A stretch of DNA of 36,987 nt, taken from Spirochaetia bacterium (lineage in GTDB: Bacteria; Spirochaetota; Spirochaetia; SZUA-6; Fen-1364). The stretch spans positions 1 to 36,987 of the forward strand of contig DASRZR010000429.1 in assembly GCA_035686185.1 (NCBI GenBank), read 5' to 3'. The translations under genes and the position numbers were made by a program. The notes under the pieces are model-generated. The model made no database searches. It had not been told where the DNA came from and saw only the letters and a program-made list of their open reading frames with translations. Below are positions 27,309 through 34,253 of this stretch, in pieces. The first letter of the stretch is position 1. Each line of letters opens with the position of its first letter.

Positions 27309-28807
27309 GCGGTGACCCCCTCCGGCATGGCGGCGCGCAGGATCTTCTCCTGCGAGCTTCCGGCGGTGTCCATGGTGGCGGCCACGCGGCCGTCCCGCAT
27401 CACGACGATGCGGTCACTCATGCCCAGCACCTCCGGCATCTCGGAGGAGATCATGATGATGCCGTAGCCGGCCTCCGCCAGGTCGTTCATGATGGAGAAG
27501 ATCGCCGTCTTGGCCCCGACGTCCACGCCCTTGGTGGGCTCGTCCAGGATGATCACCTTCATCTTTCCCGCCAGCAGCTTGGCCACGATGATCTTCTGCT
27601 GGTTGCCGCCGGAGAGCGTGGAGGCCAGATCGAACACGCTCCCGGCCCGCACCTGCAGCTTCTCCGCCAGCTCCTTGGTGACGGCCCGCTCCCGCACCGG
27701 GTGCAGCCACCCCATGGTGGCGAACGTCTCCAGCGTGGGCAGCGTCACGTTCTTCGCAAGGTCCCAGTCCAGCACGAGGCCCTGGCGCAGCCGGTCTTCC
27801 GGCAGGTAGCCGATTCCCTTCTGGATTGCCTGTGCGGGGCTTCCGATGTGCAGCTCTTCCCCCTCCAGGAACACGCGACCGCTGTCCGCGCGGGTCACCC
27901 CGTAGATGGCTTCGCAGACCTCCGTGCGGCCGGCGCCGATGAGCCCGGTCATCGCCAGGATCTCCCCCCGGCGGACGGAGAACGACACGTCCTTGAAGTA
28001 GCCGGTGCGGGACAGGCCCTCTACGCGGAAGATCTCCTCCCCGATCGTCACCTTCCGCTTGGGGAAGAACTGCGTGATCTCGCGGCCCACCATGTGCGTG
28101 ATGACCTGCTCGCGCGTGATCTCGTCCAGGCGCCAGGTGCCCACGTAGCGGGAGTCCCGGAAGACGGTGACCCGGCTGGCCAGGCGGTACATGTCCTCCA
28201 TGCGGTGGGAGATGAAGATGATGGACACGCCCTTGTCCCGCAGGCCCTCCGTGATGCGGTACAGGTCCTCCGATTCGCGCGCGGTGAGCGGCGCGGTGGG
28301 CTCATCCATGATGATGATGCGCGCGTTGGCGGAGAGCGCCTTGGCGATCTCCACGATCTGCTGCTGGGCCACCGAGAGGCTGCCCATGGTCGCGCGCGGG
28401 TCAAAGTCCGCGTCCAGCTGTCCCAGCAGCTCCCCGGCCCGCTCGTGCAGGTCCCGCCAGTCGATCTTGCGGGTGAGCGAGTGGATCTTCTCGTGCCCGA
28501 TGAAGATGTTCTCCGTCACCGAGAGGTCCGGGTAGCAGGTGACGTGCTGGTAGATGGCGGCGATGCCGAGGCGCTGCGAGTCAGAGGGGCCGTGGATCTG
28601 GACCGCCCGCCCGTCGATCGTGATCTCCCCCGCGTCCGGCTGGTACACGCCGGTGATGACCTTGATGAGCGTGGACTTGCCCGCCCCGTTCTCCCCGATG
28701 AGCGCGTGGATCTCTCCGGGGATGAGGTCGAAATGAACGTCATCCAGCGCCCGCACGCCGGGGAACGTCTTGGTGATGTGTGTCAGCTCCAGGATGCGCT
28801 CAGCCAT
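27305..28807 (-). CDS. Sugar ABC transporter ATP-binding protein, duplicated ABC cassette
   Basis: Walker A GENGAGKST, signature LSVAQQQ, Walker B IIIMDEPT. The degenerate second cassette has LSGGNQQK and VIILDEPT. Confidence 0.9.
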   Translation of the reverse strand: MAERILELTHITKTFPGVRALDDVHFDLIPGEIHALIGENGAGKSTLIKVITGVYQPDAGEITIDGRAVQIHGPSDSQRLGIAAIYQHVTCYPDLSVTENIFIGHEKIHSLTRKIDWRDLHERAGELLGQLDADFDPRATMGSLSVAQQQIVEIAKALSANARIIIMDEPTAPLTARESEDLYRITEGLRDKGVSIIFISHRMEDMYRLASRVTVFRDSRYVGTWRLDEITREQVITHMVGREITQFFPKRKVTIGEEIFRVEGLSRTGYFKDVSFSVRRGEILAMTGLIGAGRTEVCEAIYGVTRADSGRVFLEGEELHIGSPAQAIQKGIGYLPEDRLRQGLVLDWDLAKNVTLPTLETFATMGWLHPVRERAVTKELAEKLQVRAGSVFDLASTLSGGNQQKIIVAKLLAGKMKVIILDEPTKGVDVGAKTAIFSIMNDLAEAGYGIIMISSEMPEVLGMSDRIVVMRDGRVAATMDTAGSSQEKILRAAMPEGVTA

Positions 28808-28819
28808 TCTGTGTCGTCC

Positions 28820-30244
28820 TCAGCAGACCGTGCGGCATTCAATCCCCAGCAGCGCCGCCAGCCGGGACAGCCGGTCGGCGAGGTGGCCCACGCCGATGGC
28901 GCAGTGGTGCGCCGGGCCGGCCGCGGACCAGCGGTTGGTGAACTCCCGCGCGGACAGCGGGAAACGGTAGCGGCTGTTCGTGTTGCCGATCTGCAGCGTG
29001 GGGCCCGGCACGGATTCCCCCTCCGCGGTCAGCAGGAACGTGGATCCTCCGCGGCCCTGCACCACGGACAGGAGCGTGACCGGTCCGTTCTTCACGCTCA
29101 TCTGGATGGAAAGCCCTTTCCCCGGCTTGCCATGGTAGACCGGCAGCGGCACGAGCCCGACGGCTCCCTCCGCGATGGCGGGATGGGCGGGGCCGTCGTG
29201 ACCCCAGAGCACCACGTCATCGTTGAAATCCATGGCGTAGAACTCGGAGAACGAGCCCCCGGCGCCGAAGCAGTCCATGATCTTCATCGCCATCACATTC
29301 TTGACTTCGCACTCGCCCGCCACCGGCACGTGGTGCGCCGTGAGCAGGGTGTTTCCCGCGATGACTGACGTGACGACGTTCTCGTGCTCGTTTCCCGGCT
29401 CCCCTTCGTAGTAGTATGCCATGGCGGCAAGCCGCATGTCTGCCACCAGGCGGTCCAGCGCGCAACTGGTGCGCGCCGCGCGCTCCAGCTCCGCGGGTTC
29501 GCACTCCGCGGAAACCGCGAACTCGCGCTGGAACTGCTCGAGCTTGCGCACCACCTCGGGGGATTTCACCTCCGCCCGCAGCCGCGCGAGCCGGTCCATC
29601 TCCAGCAGCTCGAAGTGGCAGCCGAACACGTCGGCAAGCCGGGTGACGTCGGTGTACACGTCCAGCATCCCGCCGTAGTAGTGGCCCAGGATGCCCACCC
29701 GGGAGTCCCGAAGGGCGGCCCGGACGGAGACGGCGTCCACCCACGCGGAGATCTGCCGCCAGGCTTCTTCGTCTCCCAGCCAGCCGGTTACGAGGTGGTA
29801 GTCGATGCCGCAGTTGTTGAACACGGCCGCGATCTCAGGAGCGCAGCAGGCCTGGCAGTGCGCCAGCCATTCGCCCGTCATCGTGCCCCGGTCTCCCAGC
29901 GCGTTGAAGGAAGCGTAGTCGATGGCGGCCACCGGCTGCAGGTTCAGCACGATGATCGGCACGCCGGCCTGCTGGGCCACGGGGAGCACCGTGTGGGACA
30001 GGGCATACGTTGAAATATAGAGGAAGACCGCCTCCACCCGCTTCTCGCGAAAGAGCCCGGCAGCCGCCCGGGAGGCATCCGGGTTGTCCACCAGCCCGGC
30101 GTCCACCACCTCGGCGCCGAGGGCGGACAGCCGCTGCGCAATGGTGCGCTGGTAGCCGAGGAGCCGGTCCTTCAGGCCCTTGAACTGCGGCCAGTACGTG
30201 TCGAGGCCGATTCCAAAAAGGCCTATCCTTATCCTCGGGGGCAT
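28820..30244 (-). CDS. L-arabinose isomerase / L-fucose isomerase family protein (divergent AraA paralogue, substrate unknown)
   Basis: 474 aa. Segments align by eye with the AraA at 14176: GECEVKNVMAMKIM vs [27 protein letters not shown] vs [16 protein letters not shown] vs GAHMLEV, GPAHHCAI vs GGAHHSVF. The Glu/Glu/His/His positions are kept. Confidence 0.8.
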   Translation of the reverse strand: MPPRIRIGLFGIGLDTYWPQFKGLKDRLLGYQRTIAQRLSALGAEVVDAGLVDNPDASRAAAGLFREKRVEAVFLYISTYALSHTVLPVAQQAGVPIIVLNLQPVAAIDYASFNALGDRGTMTGEWLAHCQACCAPEIAAVFNNCGIDYHLVTGWLGDEEAWRQISAWVDAVSVRAALRDSRVGILGHYYGGMLDVYTDVTRLADVFGCHFELLEMDRLARLRAEVKSPEVVRKLEQFQREFAVSAECEPAELERAARTSCALDRLVADMRLAAMAYYYEGEPGNEHENVVTSVIAGNTLLTAHHVPVAGECEVKNVMAMKIMDCFGAGGSFSEFYAMDFNDDVVLWGHDGPAHPAIAEGAVGLVPLPVYHGKPGKGLSIQMSVKNGPVTLLSVVQGRGGSTFLLTAEGESVPGPTLQIGNTNSRYRFPLSAREFTNRWSAAGPAHHCAIGVGHLADRLSRLAALLGIECRTVC

Positions 30245-30253
30245 TTCGGGTTA

Positions 30254-30282
30254 ATTATCTTCCGAAGCGCCGCCACCGTGAA
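30254..30282 (-). promoter_or_regulatory. Candidate promoter of the isomerase-ABC operon
   Basis: On the minus strand: TTCACG (30277-30282) - 17 nt - GATAAT (30254-30259) - 9 nt - ATG 30244. Confidence 0.35.
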
Positions 30283-30332
30283 TGGACTTTTCCATGCCAT
30301 GGATGGAAAAAAAGATCCCGGATGGACAAAAC
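30281..30332. promoter_or_regulatory. Repeated ATGGA-containing motifs between the divergent promoters (candidate AraC-type operator)
   Basis: aATGGActttt (30281-30291), ggATGGAaaaaaa (30301-30313) and ggATGGAcaaaac (30320-30332; 11/13 identical to the previous). ATGGA starts are at 30282, 30303 and 30322, giving 21 and 19 bp spacing. There is also an inverted repeat, ttttccat (30288-30295) / atggaaaa (30303-30310). Confidence 0.3.
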
Positions 30333-30361
30333 TTGTGACCGGCCCCCAAAAGCGCTATAAC
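30333..30361 (+). promoter_or_regulatory. Candidate sigma70-type promoter of the AraC gene (leaderless geometry)
   Basis: TTGTGA (30333-30338) - 17 nt - TATAAC (30356-30361) - 7 nt - ATG 30369. No SD at a usable distance. Confidence 0.4.
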
Positions 30362-30368
30362 TCGGGGG

Positions 30369-31268
30369 ATGTCGTCGCACGAGCTCGGCCGGCCGAAGAG
30401 CTTCGTCCGCTACCTGACGTGGAGCGCGGAAGACGAGAAGTGGCAGCTCGTGTGTACGGACGCGGGGTGCACCGAGGTGGCTCCCGGCACCCGCTACCCG
30501 CCGAACCGGGATGCCCACCCGCAGGCGTTCAAGTCCGTGGCGGTCGGCCGGACGCTCCCCGAGTACCAGGTGGTGTACGTCACCCGCGGCCGCGGCATAT
30601 TCGAGATGAACGGCCGCACCCACGTGGTCGTGCCCGGGTCGGTCATGCTCGTGTTCCCCGGGGTGCGCCATTTCTACAAGCCGGAATACGAGGTGGGGTG
30701 GACCGAGTACTGGGTGGGGTTCAAGGGGCCGTACGTGGACACGCTGTGCCGGCAGGGGTTCCTCTCCCCCGACAAGCCGCTGTTCGAGGTGGGCCTGCAG
30801 AACAGCCTGCTGGGGATCTACTCCCAGATCTTCGAGCTGGTGAGCGACCAGCGCCCGCTGTACCAGGTGCGGGCCAGCTCCCTCGTGCTGACGCTCATCG
30901 CCGAGGTGCTGGCGCACGAGCGCAAGGTAGTCCAGTACAACCACTCGGAGCAGCTCGTGGAAAAGGCGCGCTTCCTGATGGAGGAGAACATCTACGGCGA
31001 GATCAACCTGAACGCGATCGCCGTCCTCCTGGGCGTGAGCACGTCCCACCTGAACGAGGTGTTCAAGTCCTACACGGCCATGACACCGTACCAGTACTTC
31101 ATCAGCATCAAGATCCGCAAGGCCAAGGAGCTGCTGGAGACCGGGGACCTCGCCATCAAGGAGGTGGCGTTCCGACTCGGGTTCGACGATCCGTACTATT
31201 TCTCCCGCCTGTTCCGAAAGAAGGCCGGCCTGCCGCCCTCCCGGTGGGGCTCCTTCGTGCGGCAGTAG
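30369..31268 (+). CDS. AraC family transcriptional regulator with N-terminal cupin-type sensor domain
   Basis: The C-terminal double HTH (…LNAIAVLLGVSTSHLNEVFK…TPYQYFISIKIRKAKELL…IKEVAFRLGFDDPYYFSRLFRKKAG) is classic AraC/XylS. Confidence 0.9.
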   Translation: MSSHELGRPKSFVRYLTWSAEDEKWQLVCTDAGCTEVAPGTRYPPNRDAHPQAFKSVAVGRTLPEYQVVYVTRGRGIFEMNGRTHVVVPGSVMLVFPGVRHFYKPEYEVGWTEYWVGFKGPYVDTLCRQGFLSPDKPLFEVGLQNSLLGIYSQIFELVSDQRPLYQVRASSLVLTLIAEVLAHERKVVQYNHSEQLVEKARFLMEENIYGEINLNAIAVLLGVSTSHLNEVFKSYTAMTPYQYFISIKIRKAKELLETGDLAIKEVAFRLGFDDPYYFSRLFRKKAGLPPSRWGSFVRQ

Positions 31269-31295
31269 ACACTTTTTCCCCTGCCGGCCTATGCT
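31266..31295 (+). promoter_or_regulatory. Candidate promoter of the sia-like operon, overlapping the araC-family stop codon
   Basis: TAGACA (31266-31271; its TAG is the regulator's stop) - 18 nt - TATGCT (31290-31295) - 6 nt - GTG 31302. Confidence 0.35.
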
Positions 31296-31301
31296 CCGCC
31301 G

Positions 31302-33326
31302 GTGGTACCTGCCCATCCCGGCGGCCGTCTCGCGGCGCCGTCGACCCTTCGCGCCACGTTCATCCTGACCATCGCCCTCGCGTATTTCGCCGTGGGAGCG
31401 TTCACCGTGGCATCCTTCCTCCTCAGCGCCCGCGGCCTCACGCTGGTCTTTGCCACCCGGTTTGCCCGGACCGAGGCGCTGCTGGAGAAGAACCGCATCC
31501 TCGCCCGGATCGACCGGGAGGTGGCACTGGCCCGAAAGCTCGCCGATGACCCCGTGGTCCGCCGCTGGGCGGTGCAGGAATCGGACCCCGCCCTGGGCCG
31601 CATGGCACGGGAGCAGCTGGAGAGCTTCCGGTCCGCCTTTTCCGACCACGTCTACTTCATCGCGCCGCTGGCCACCGGGCATTACTTCATCCACGACGCG
31701 AGCGGACCGAAGCTCACCACGCTGGACCGGCAGAACCCCGCGGACGCCTGGTACTTCAGCACGCTGGCCTCCGTGGACGACTTTGCGCTGAACGTGGACT
31801 ACGACCGGCTGGTGCAGTCCACGAAGGTGTGGATCAACGTGATCATGCGCGACGAGCGGGGCATCAAGATCGGGATCTGCGGCACGGGCCTCGACATCAG
31901 CGGCTTCCTGGCAGACGTGCTGCAGTCCGAGGACTCCAACGCGGTGGCCATCCTCGTGGACCGAGGCGGCACCATCGAGGCGCACCCCAACGCGACGTAC
32001 GTGCTTCGAAACGCCGAGACCAAGGACGCGCCCAAGCTCACGATCTACGACCTGCTGGGCAGCAGCGCCGAACGGCGCCTGCTCATGTCCGCCATCACCG
32101 ACCTTTCCATCGGCCGGGACGACGTTGACTCTTTCCCGCTCACGGTGGAGGGGAGACGGTATCTGGCCGCCGTATCCGCCATGCCCGGCATCGACTGGTA
32201 CAACCTCGTCCTGGTGGACGCCTCTCGCGTGCTCGGGTTCCAGGCGTTCCTTCCGCTGGCCGCCACGCTGGTGGCCTCCCTCCTGCTGGTGCTGCTGGCC
32301 GTGGCGCTCCTGCTGAACCGTGTCGTCCTGCGGCCGCTGTCCGCGCTGGCCGCCGCTTCCCGCGAGATCGCCGCCGGCCGCTATGGCGTGCAGCTCGCCT
32401 TCCGCCGCCGGGACGAGATCGGCCAGCTCACGCATGCGTTCAACGCCATGAGCGCCACGGTGAAGGACACCACGGAGGGGCTGGAGGCGAGGGTGGAGGA
32501 GCGGACGGGGGAGCTTTCCCGCGCCAACCTCGCGCTGGAGGAGTCCCAGCGGCTCATCATGGAGAGCCTCGACCTTGCGCGCCGGCTGCAGGCCGGCATC
32601 CTCCCGGGCCCGGGAGCGCTCGGGGCCGCCTTCCCGGCGCACTTCGTGGTGTTCCTGCCCCGTGACGTGGTGAGCGGCGACTTCTACCTCGTGCGGCGGT
32701 TTTCGGACTACACGGTGGCCGCGGTCATCGACTGCATGGGGCACGGGGTCCCGGGCGCGCTCACGACGATGAGCGTGCACGCGGTCCTCACCCACGTGCT
32801 GGACACCGTCTGCCACGACGAGCCGGCGCGCATCGTGGCGGAGCTGGACCGCGAGCTGCGGGAGACGCTTCACCGGGAGGACGGGGACCGGCGGCTGGAC
32901 AGCGGGCTGGACCTGGCGGTGTGCGTGCAGGACACCGGGCGGCCCGTGGTACGCTACACGGGAGCCGGGCTCAGCCTGTTTGCGTGGGATGGGCGCGCCG
33001 TGCACGAGGTGAAAGGGGACGCCCGCCGGGTGGGCTACCGCGCTCCCGGGCGGGGAGAGCCGTGGACGACGCGCGAGGTGCCCGTGGATCACGGCGCCAC
33101 GCTGTACCTCAGCACGGATGGATTCCTGGACCAGGCCGGCGGCCCGAAGGGGTTTGGTTTCGGCCGGGCCGCGTTCGCGGAGCTCGTGGCGCGCGCCGCC
33201 AGCCGCCCCCTGGATCGGCAGGAGGAGGCCTTCCGGGAGGCGCTCGCGAACCATCAGGGGGAACGGCCCCAGCGGGATGACATCACGGTGCTGGCGTTCC
33301 AGGTCGGGGGGAGAGCAGGGAAATGA
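31302..33326 (+). CDS. siaA: Membrane sensor PP2C/SpoIIE-type Ser/Thr phosphatase with extracytoplasmic domain and HAMP (SiaA-like)
   Basis: TM1 aa 17-41, a roughly 270-aa extracytoplasmic region with Cache-like character, TM2 aa 314-338, HAMP (RPLSALAAASREIAAGRYG…DEIGQLTHAFNAMS), coiled coil, then a PP2C/SpoIIE domain (VSGDFYLV…AVIDCMGHGVPGAL…LSTDGF…RDDITVLAF). GTG start lies behind TATGCT-N6. Confidence 0.85.
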   Translation: MVPAHPGGRLAAPSTLRATFILTIALAYFAVGAFTVASFLLSARGLTLVFATRFARTEALLEKNRILARIDREVALARKLADDPVVRRWAVQESDPALGRMAREQLESFRSAFSDHVYFIAPLATGHYFIHDASGPKLTTLDRQNPADAWYFSTLASVDDFALNVDYDRLVQSTKVWINVIMRDERGIKIGICGTGLDISGFLADVLQSEDSNAVAILVDRGGTIEAHPNATYVLRNAETKDAPKLTIYDLLGSSAERRLLMSAITDLSIGRDDVDSFPLTVEGRRYLAAVSAMPGIDWYNLVLVDASRVLGFQAFLPLAATLVASLLLVLLAVALLLNRVVLRPLSALAAASREIAAGRYGVQLAFRRRDEIGQLTHAFNAMSATVKDTTEGLEARVEERTGELSRANLALEESQRLIMESLDLARRLQAGILPGPGALGAAFPAHFVVFLPRDVVSGDFYLVRRFSDYTVAAVIDCMGHGVPGALTTMSVHAVLTHVLDTVCHDEPARIVAELDRELRETLHREDGDRRLDSGLDLAVCVQDTGRPVVRYTGAGLSLFAWDGRAVHEVKGDARRVGYRAPGRGEPWTTREVPVDHGATLYLSTDGFLDQAGGPKGFGFGRAAFAELVARAASRPLDRQEEAFREALANHQGERPQRDDITVLAFQVGGRAGK

Positions 33327-33862
33327 CACCGGACCAGCTATCCAGGATCAGGGAGGAGATCACCCGGGAAGGGGTGATGATCTGCTTCAACGGCACGTTC
33401 GTGCACAGCATCATCGAGGAGCTGGGCAATGCGCTGCGTCGCTACCTCCAGGAGCAGGAAGAGCAGAAGAGCGCCGCGCTGGACGTGTTCTCCGTGTACA
33501 TCGAGCAGGCGCAGAACATCAGGAACTACCTCGCGCGCAAGAAGTTCACGGATGCCACTTCCGCCAGCGCCATCATCGTGATCGCCCGACGGGGGGAACG
33601 GTACGTGGTGAGCTCCGGGAACGTGGTAGACGGGGAGGACCAGGCCGCGCTCACGGCCCAGCTGGAGCAGGTGCGCTCGGCGGACGCGGCGGAGCTGCGC
33701 AAGTTGTTCAAGGAGAAGCTGCGCTCCGGGACGCGGGATCCCGCCGGGGGGGCCGGCATGGGGCTCATCGAGGTGGCTCGCCGCTGCGCGGAGCCGCTTC
33801 AGTACGCGTTCCACCCGGTGGAAGGCGGGCGCAGCTTCTTCTGCCTTACCGCGGTCATATGA
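33323..33862 (+). CDS. siaB: SiaB family protein kinase (anti-sigma-factor-kinase-like fold)
   Basis: 179 aa. ATGA overlap with the phosphatase gene. The C-terminal GGAGMGLIEVAR is typical of the HATPase-like partner-switch kinases. Position and size match siaB in the P. aeruginosa siaABCD order as I recall it. Confidence 0.75.
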   Translation: MTPDQLSRIREEITREGVMICFNGTFVHSIIEELGNALRRYLQEQEEQKSAALDVFSVYIEQAQNIRNYLARKKFTDATSASAIIVIARRGERYVVSSGNVVDGEDQAALTAQLEQVRSADAAELRKLFKEKLRSGTRDPAGGAGMGLIEVARRCAEPLQYAFHPVEGGRSFFCLTAVI

Positions 33863-33872
33863 GGAACCGGAA

Positions 33873-34247
33873 ATGGAACTGAACATTCCCCGCACCAACG
33901 CCACCCCGGAGATCCGCTGGGACTCCGCCTCCGGAACGCTTGCGATCACCGGGGAGTCGTACCCGGAGAACTCGTTCGACTTCTACGAGCCCGTTCTCGA
34001 GTGGCTGCGCCACTCGTTGCCCACCCTGGCGCGCCTGCGCCTGGAGGTGTCCGTGAGCTACATGAACTCCAGCTCCATCAAGTGCATGCTCGACATCCTG
34101 GATGCCATGGGGGAGGCCCACGCGGCCGGCGCGGCCGTGGAGGCGGTCTGGAGCTACGAAACGGACAACCCGCGCGCGCTGGACCTGGCCGAGGAGTTCC
34201 GCTCCGAGGTCCTCTTCCCGTTCGTCGTGAACCCGGTGGGGGGCTGA
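33873..34247 (+). CDS. siaC: DUF1987 / SiaC family regulatory phosphoprotein
   Basis: 124 aa. MELNIPRTNATPEIRWDSASGTLAITGESYPENSFDFYEPVLEWL… is the characteristic DUF1987 N-terminus. Ser-rich loop YMNSSSIKC. GAGGAA SD. Confidence 0.8.
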   Translation: MELNIPRTNATPEIRWDSASGTLAITGESYPENSFDFYEPVLEWLRHSLPTLARLRLEVSVSYMNSSSIKCMLDILDAMGEAHAAGAAVEAVWSYETDNPRALDLAEEFRSEVLFPFVVNPVGG

Positions 34248-34253
34248 GCCGCC

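Noticed and set aside
30255-33329. A 1024-aa ORF on the minus strand, the longest ORF in the window, spanning the AraC and SiaA-like genes.
   Set aside because: It is antisense to two genes with unmistakable family motifs. Its translation is Arg/Pro/Gly/His-rich low-complexity sequence with no recognisable domain. Long stop-free antisense frames are expected at this GC content.
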